Of a stretch of 39,439 bases of DNA, positions 35,815 through 39,439 are shown in pieces (the stretch's first letter is position 1; each line of letters begins with the position of its first letter). Where the stretch lies: positions 1-39,439 of the forward strand of contig JAOUFA010000001.1 of NCBI GenBank assembly GCA_029858545.1, given 5' to 3'. Position numbers and translations under genes: made by a program. The DNA is from Betaproteobacteria bacterium. GTDB taxonomy: Bacteria > Pseudomonadota > Gammaproteobacteria > Burkholderiales > SG8-39. The notes beneath the pieces were generated by a model. That model ran no database searches, was not told where the DNA came from, and was given only the letters and a program-made list of their open reading frames with translations.

Positions 35815-36460
35815 ACACGGCTTCTGTCTTGGAGTGGACTTCAAGCTTGGCGTAGATACGCCGCACGAAGGTGATGACCGTATGGTTGGAAACGGACATC
35901 AGCGCGGCGATCTCGCGCGAAGTAAATCCCTTGGTAATGCATTCCAGCACCTCCTGCTCCTTGTCCGACAGGGCGACGCGTGGTTTGGCGGGCTCCCGGG
36001 GCTCGCCAAGGATCGCGCCAGACGGCACGGGTTGCCGAAACCGCGTCAGGATCTTGCGCGCGATCTGCGGGCTGATCGGGCTCCCCCCGCCATGCAGGCT
36101 GCGAATTTCGTTCACCATGTTCTGGGGCGCGCTGTCCTTCAGCAGATAGCCGGCGGCGCCGGCCTCGATCGATTGCAGGACATGCATTTCGTCGCCAAAC
36201 GTGGTGCAGACCATGATGTTGCAGGTCGGCCACCTTTCATGCGCGGCGCGAATCACGTCGATGCCCGACCCGTCGGGTAGCCCCAGGTCCACCAGCAGCA
36301 CGTCGGCCGGCGTCTGCTCGAGCAACCGCAGGCCCTGCGCGCGCGAACTTGCCATGGCGCGCAAGGCGATATCGGGCGCAGTCTCGATGGCCGCTATCAA
36401 CGCATCCTGGAAATTGACATCGTCCTCGACCAGGACGACGTGGATCAGCGATTGCTCCAA
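35783..36460 (-). CDS. NarL/FixJ-family response regulator (REC domain plus LuxR-type HTH)
   Basis: IHVVLVEDD...DVLLVDLGLPDGSG...GAAGYLLKD, then LSDKEQEVLECITKGFTSREIAALMSVSNHTVITFVRRIYAKL. The start is uncertain: TTG at 36460 is the nearest in-frame start, and the ORF-track extension to 36622 is non-homologous. Confidence 0.85.
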   Translation of the reverse strand: MEQSLIHVVLVEDDVNFQDALIAAIETAPDIALRAMASSRAQGLRLLEQTPADVLLVDLGLPDGSGIDVIRAAHERWPTCNIMVCTTFGDEMHVLQSIEAGAAGYLLKDSAPQNMVNEIRSLHGGGSPISPQIARKILTRFRQPVPSGAILGEPREPAKPRVALSDKEQEVLECITKGFTSREIAALMSVSNHTVITFVRRIYAKLEVHSKTEAVYEARNQGLLP

Positions 36461-36620
36461 TGATGTGTTTGACCGCAAGTTTGAGTCTCCCGGCCCGTCA
36501 TCGTGACACAAAAAGGCCGATCTGGACCGCAGCCCTTGTCCCCCGTTCGTGGGACAGACCCGCTGCGGGCCGCTCGTTAGGATTTCCTGTATCGAAGAAT
36601 GACTAACAGGACGAGCCCCC

Positions 36621-36971
36621 ATGAGACATTACAACCGTTTTGTATTCACGCTCGGCGCCACCGCCGCGCTGTTGTTTTGCACCGCCACCGCCACCGCCAC
36701 CGCGTCTAGCCCATCGTATGAACAAGGCCTGGAAGCGGCCCGCGAATACCGCTATTCGCTGGCACTCACGCATTTCACCGTCGCGGCGGAGCACGGGGAT
36801 CAGGATGCGCAACGCAGCCTGGGATTGATGCTCCTGCATGGGGAACGGCTCTATGGGCGCGAGGTGCGCCGTGACGAAGAACAGGCGAAGCGTTGGCTGC
36901 GGGCGGCTGCGGCCCAGGGCTGCGCAATCTCGTCCCACATTCTCAAGAAACTCGCAAAACACGCCAATTGA
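36621..36971 (+). CDS. small secreted Sel1-like repeat (SLR/TPR-family) protein
   Basis: 116 aa. Signal peptide MRHYNRFVFTLGATAALLFCTATATATA. SLR-like text AAEHGDQDAQRSLGLMLLHGE...EEQAKRWLRAAAAQGC. Divergent from the response regulator. Confidence 0.65.
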   Translation: MRHYNRFVFTLGATAALLFCTATATATASSPSYEQGLEAAREYRYSLALTHFTVAAEHGDQDAQRSLGLMLLHGERLYGREVRRDEEQAKRWLRAAAAQGCAISSHILKKLAKHAN

Positions 36972-37130
36972 CCCGGTTCTTGCTGCGCCCCGGCAGGATG
37001 GAATCTACTGACCCCAGCCGGGTGAAGACTGATTCCACCCTCAGGTGCGCGAGGGGAATCCTTCATCCCCCCGGCCCTAGTCGGCACAAACAGGAGATCG
37101 GCAAATCCTTCCGGGCGTGAAGTCTGAAGG

Positions 37131-37180
37131 GCGCAGGCAAGCTGTTCATGCTTCGGTGCTGGAATGATTGGCCTATCGCT
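37131..37180 (+). repeat. interspersed element, right-end partial copy E (element nt ~115-164)
   Basis: GCGCAGGCAAGCTGTTCATGCTTCGGTGCTGGAATGATTGGCCTATCGCT is collinear without indels with nt 115-164 of copies A-D. It ends 1 nt before the cupredoxin gene stop codon on the opposite strand. Confidence 0.75.
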
Positions 37181-37717
37181 TTATCGCACCTCGATCACGC
37201 CGCGCATCCCGCCTTCGTAGTGCCCGGGGACCAGGCAGGCAAAATCGACCGTGCCCGCCTGGGTGAACTGCCAGACGATCCCGCCGCGCCGGCCGGGCGC
37301 GACGCGCGCCATGTTCGGCGCGGCGTGTTTCATGTGGGGCTGCGCACGCATCATCTCGGCGTGCGCCTTCAGGTCCGCGCTCGAACCGATCGCCATGTCG
37401 TGCTCGCTGCCGCCCGCATTGCGCAGGAAGAAGCGCAGGGTCTCGCCGGCCTTGACCTGCACGCGAGCGGGCGTGAAGCGCAGGTCGTCGCTCATCACGA
37501 TCTCGACCGTGCGCGACACTTTCGCCGGATCGCCGGGCCGGCCGGCGGTGCCCATGTCGTGACGCATGCCGGGCATGTCGTGCTGCATGCCGGGCATGTC
37601 GTGCCGCATGCCCGGCATATCGTGCGCGGCGCCGTGCGAAGCACTGTGTTTCTCCTCGGCGGCCAGCGCGCCCGCCGGCGCGACGACGAGCGCGAGGATG
37701 CAAATCGATTTTTTCAT
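37181..37717 (-). CDS. periplasmic cupredoxin-domain copper-resistance protein (CopI-like) with a His/Met-rich repeat
   Basis: 178 aa. Signal peptide MKKSICILALVVAPAGALA. (HDMPGM[RQ]) x3 plus a partial fourth unit HDMG, then a cupredoxin fold with type-1 Cu ligand pattern (EHDM ... FACLVPGHYEGGM). AAGGAA Shine-Dalgarno. Immediately downstream of copB. Confidence 0.8.
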   Translation of the reverse strand: MKKSICILALVVAPAGALAAEEKHSASHGAAHDMPGMRHDMPGMQHDMPGMRHDMGTAGRPGDPAKVSRTVEIVMSDDLRFTPARVQVKAGETLRFFLRNAGGSEHDMAIGSSADLKAHAEMMRAQPHMKHAAPNMARVAPGRRGGIVWQFTQAGTVDFACLVPGHYEGGMRGVIEVR

Positions 37718-37751
37718 GGGGTCGTTCCTTTCGGTGTCAGATGATGCTCGG

Positions 37752-38585
37752 TCAAAACCAGAAACGGATTCCCGCGACAGCGCGGGTCACGCCGGGAGGC
37801 TGGCCGGCCGCGCGCGCCAGTTCGGCGGTCGCGCCGACCATCAGTGTCCGCTCGATGCCGAGGTAGGGCGCGAACTCGCGCCGGATCTCGTAGCGGAGCC
37901 GCAAGCCGGCCGTCATATCGCTCAAGCCACGGCCCTCGCCGCGCTCGGCGTCCTCCTTGCCGTACGCGTTCGCCTCGAGGCGCGGCGCGAGCACCCAGCG
38001 CTGCGTGAGCAGCGACTCGTATTCGGCGGCGACGCGCAGCGCCGTGCGACCGTTCGCACCCGCATAGGCGGTCGCGTCGACATGGAACCAGTACGGCGCG
38101 AGCCCTTGCACGCCGACGGCGAGCCAGCCGCGGCCCGGCTCGGCGCCGCTGTCGTAGCGCGCCCCCAGCTGCGCATCCCAATAGGCGGCGACGGCGTGCG
38201 ACCACAGCAATTCGGTACGCGCCTCCTGGAGCCTGCCCTGCTCGCGATGTCCCTCGGCCTTCAACACCGCGCGATCGTAGTCGCGTCCGTACCAGCCGAT
38301 GACTTCGTAAGCCGCCGCGGTCTCGTCCTCGGCGCGCTGCGCCTCGAGCCGCTCCACGACCAGAGCGCCGAAATTGTGTTCGTCGGCGAGCCGCGGACGA
38401 CCGAGCGGCCCGAAGTCCTGGCCTCCCGAGTAGGCGTGCGGATCACGCGCGTCGGCGGGCGCCGAGCCGCCCTGCATCGAGCCGTGGGACATCGTGCCGG
38501 GGTCCGCCGCGCTCTGCGCCAGCAGCGGCGACACTGGCAGCAGGGCGATACACGCGCTCAGCAGCAGTCGTGGACATGCGTTCAT
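37752..38585 (-). CDS. copB: copper resistance outer-membrane protein CopB/PcoB
   Basis: Start at the ATG at 38585 (MNACPRLLLSACIALLPVSPLLAQ) with GAGGAA Shine-Dalgarno. CopB hallmarks: LVVERLEAQ...YEVIGWYGRDYDRAVLKAEG...WDAQLGARYD...GIRFWF C-terminus. Confidence 0.9.
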   Translation of the reverse strand: MNACPRLLLSACIALLPVSPLLAQSAADPGTMSHGSMQGGSAPADARDPHAYSGGQDFGPLGRPRLADEHNFGALVVERLEAQRAEDETAAAYEVIGWYGRDYDRAVLKAEGHREQGRLQEARTELLWSHAVAAYWDAQLGARYDSGAEPGRGWLAVGVQGLAPYWFHVDATAYAGANGRTALRVAAEYESLLTQRWVLAPRLEANAYGKEDAERGEGRGLSDMTAGLRLRYEIRREFAPYLGIERTLMVGATAELARAAGQPPGVTRAVAGIRFWF

Positions 38586-38610
38586 GTCGTTCCTCGTTTC
38601 CCGGTTCACG

Positions 38611-39439
38611 TCAGCTCACCACGACGACACGGAACATGCCGGCGTCCATGTGGTGCAGCAGGTGGCAGTGCCAGGCCCAGCGGCCGAGCGCGTCCGCGGT
38701 GACCAGAAACGACAGCCGTTGCGCCGGCTGCACCGCGAGCGTGTGACGGCGCGCGAGAAACCGTCCCTCCGGCGTCTCGAGTTCGCTCCACATGCCGTGC
38801 AAATGCATCGGATGAGTCATCATCGTGTCGTTGTGCAGGATGATGCGCGCGCGCTCGCCGTAGCGAAGGTGGACGGGCGAGGACTTTCCGAACTCCAGGC
38901 CGTCGAACGACCAGGTGTAGCGCTCCATGTTGCCGGTCAGATGAAGCTCGATCTCCCGCTCTGCGCCCCGCTCGTCGAGCGGGCCGCCGAGCGTGCGCAG
39001 ATCGGCATAGGTGAGAACGCGCCGGCCGTTGCCGCGCAGGCCGATGCCCGGGTCGTCGAGGTTGACGCGCGGCGTGTCGACGCGCATGTCCACGCTCGGA
39101 CCGTATTCGCTGCGCGCATGGCGCACCCGACGCGAGGCGCCCGAGGGCGCCTCCGCCGCACCGTGCGCCGCGTGCGCGCCGTGGTCCATCGCGGCGCCGC
39201 CCGCGGCGGGGCCGTGCATGGCGTGCTCCCCGCGGTCCATCGCGGACGCGGCGGCCGCCGCCGGCGCGGCGCCGTGCATCGCGTGCGCCCCGTGATCCGG
39301 TTGCCCGGCGGCAGCAGCCGCCGCCGGCGTGCCGTGCATGGCGTGCGCGCCCTGATCCATCCCCGCGTGCGACATCCCGCCCATGTCGCCCATCATGTCG
39401 GCCATCGTCAGCCACTCGGGCTGGTCGGGTGCGGGGACC
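38611..39439 (-). CDS. copA: multicopper oxidase CopA/PcoA, C-terminal part (5' end outside the window)
   Basis: His/Met-rich loop, then cupredoxin domain 3 with Cu-ligand motifs HPMHLHGMW and WAWHCHLLHHMDAGMF. The frame stays open to the window edge. Confidence 0.9.
   Translation of the reverse strand, partial: VPAPDQPEWLTMADMMGDMGGMSHAGMDQGAHAMHGTPAAAAAAGQPDHGAHAMHGAAPAAAAASAMDRGEHAMHGPAAGGAAMDHGAHAAHGAAEAPSGASRRVRHARSEYGPSVDMRVDTPRVNLDDPGIGLRGNGRRVLTYADLRTLGGPLDERGAEREIELHLTGNMERYTWSFDGLEFGKSSPVHLRYGERARIILHNDTMMTHPMHLHGMWSELETPEGRFLARRHTLAVQPAQRLSFLVTADALGRWAWHCHLLHHMDAGMFRVVVVS

Noticed and set aside
36461-36622. N-terminal 54-aa extension of the response regulator ORF
   Set aside because: The text is non-homologous, would remove the divergent promoter region, and would overlap the Sel1 gene start. 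The REC domain begins right after the TTG at 36460.
4786-37180. The repeats as a CRISPR array
   Set aside because: The repeat unit is about five times too long. Spacing is irregular and kilobases long, the 'spacers' are ordinary genes, and no cas genes are present.

Overview
High-GC proteobacterial DNA; the Bug/TctC, TAXI-TRAP, HAAT/Liv and Cop genes suggest a beta- or gammaproteobacterium. It reads as a mosaic accessory region, not a conserved chromosomal neighbourhood. Intact units are: a TAXI-type TRAP transporter (659-3646, -); a 2934-aa cyclic beta-1,2-glucan synthase-like gene (5582-14386, +); a visibly lower-GC island with a methyltransferase/desaturase/tautomerase operon and a divergent CadC-like TPR regulator (15062-18778); an HD-GYP protein (19652-20902); a tight 8-gene operon of SBP, LivHMGF-type ABC importer, ALDH, flotillin and ALDH (21586-31060, +); an EamA exporter; a 7TMR-DISM histidine kinase with a NarL-type regulator and a small Sel1 protein (33808-36971); and the 3' part of a copper-resistance cluster, copA-copB-cupredoxin (37181-39439, -). 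Between these lie at least nine truncated or decayed gene remnants: alpha/beta hydrolase, TctC, DctM, ABC ATPase, rapA 3' end, GMC oxidoreductase, ZAS anti-sigma, IS91-family transposase and arylsulfotransferase-like. The most unusual signal is a ~161-164 bp interspersed element. It has three full-length copies (4786, 14397, 19082) and two copies that keep only the right end (31677, 37131), all on the + strand. Each copy sits exactly at a junction between unrelated modules and directly abuts truncated genes. Differences between copies include compensatory changes in four nested helices, plus C(UUCG)G-type loops. This points to a structured RNA or ssDNA element, possibly a non-autonomous mobile element. 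I cannot assign it to a known family from sequence alone. No rRNA, tRNA or CRISPR array was seen.
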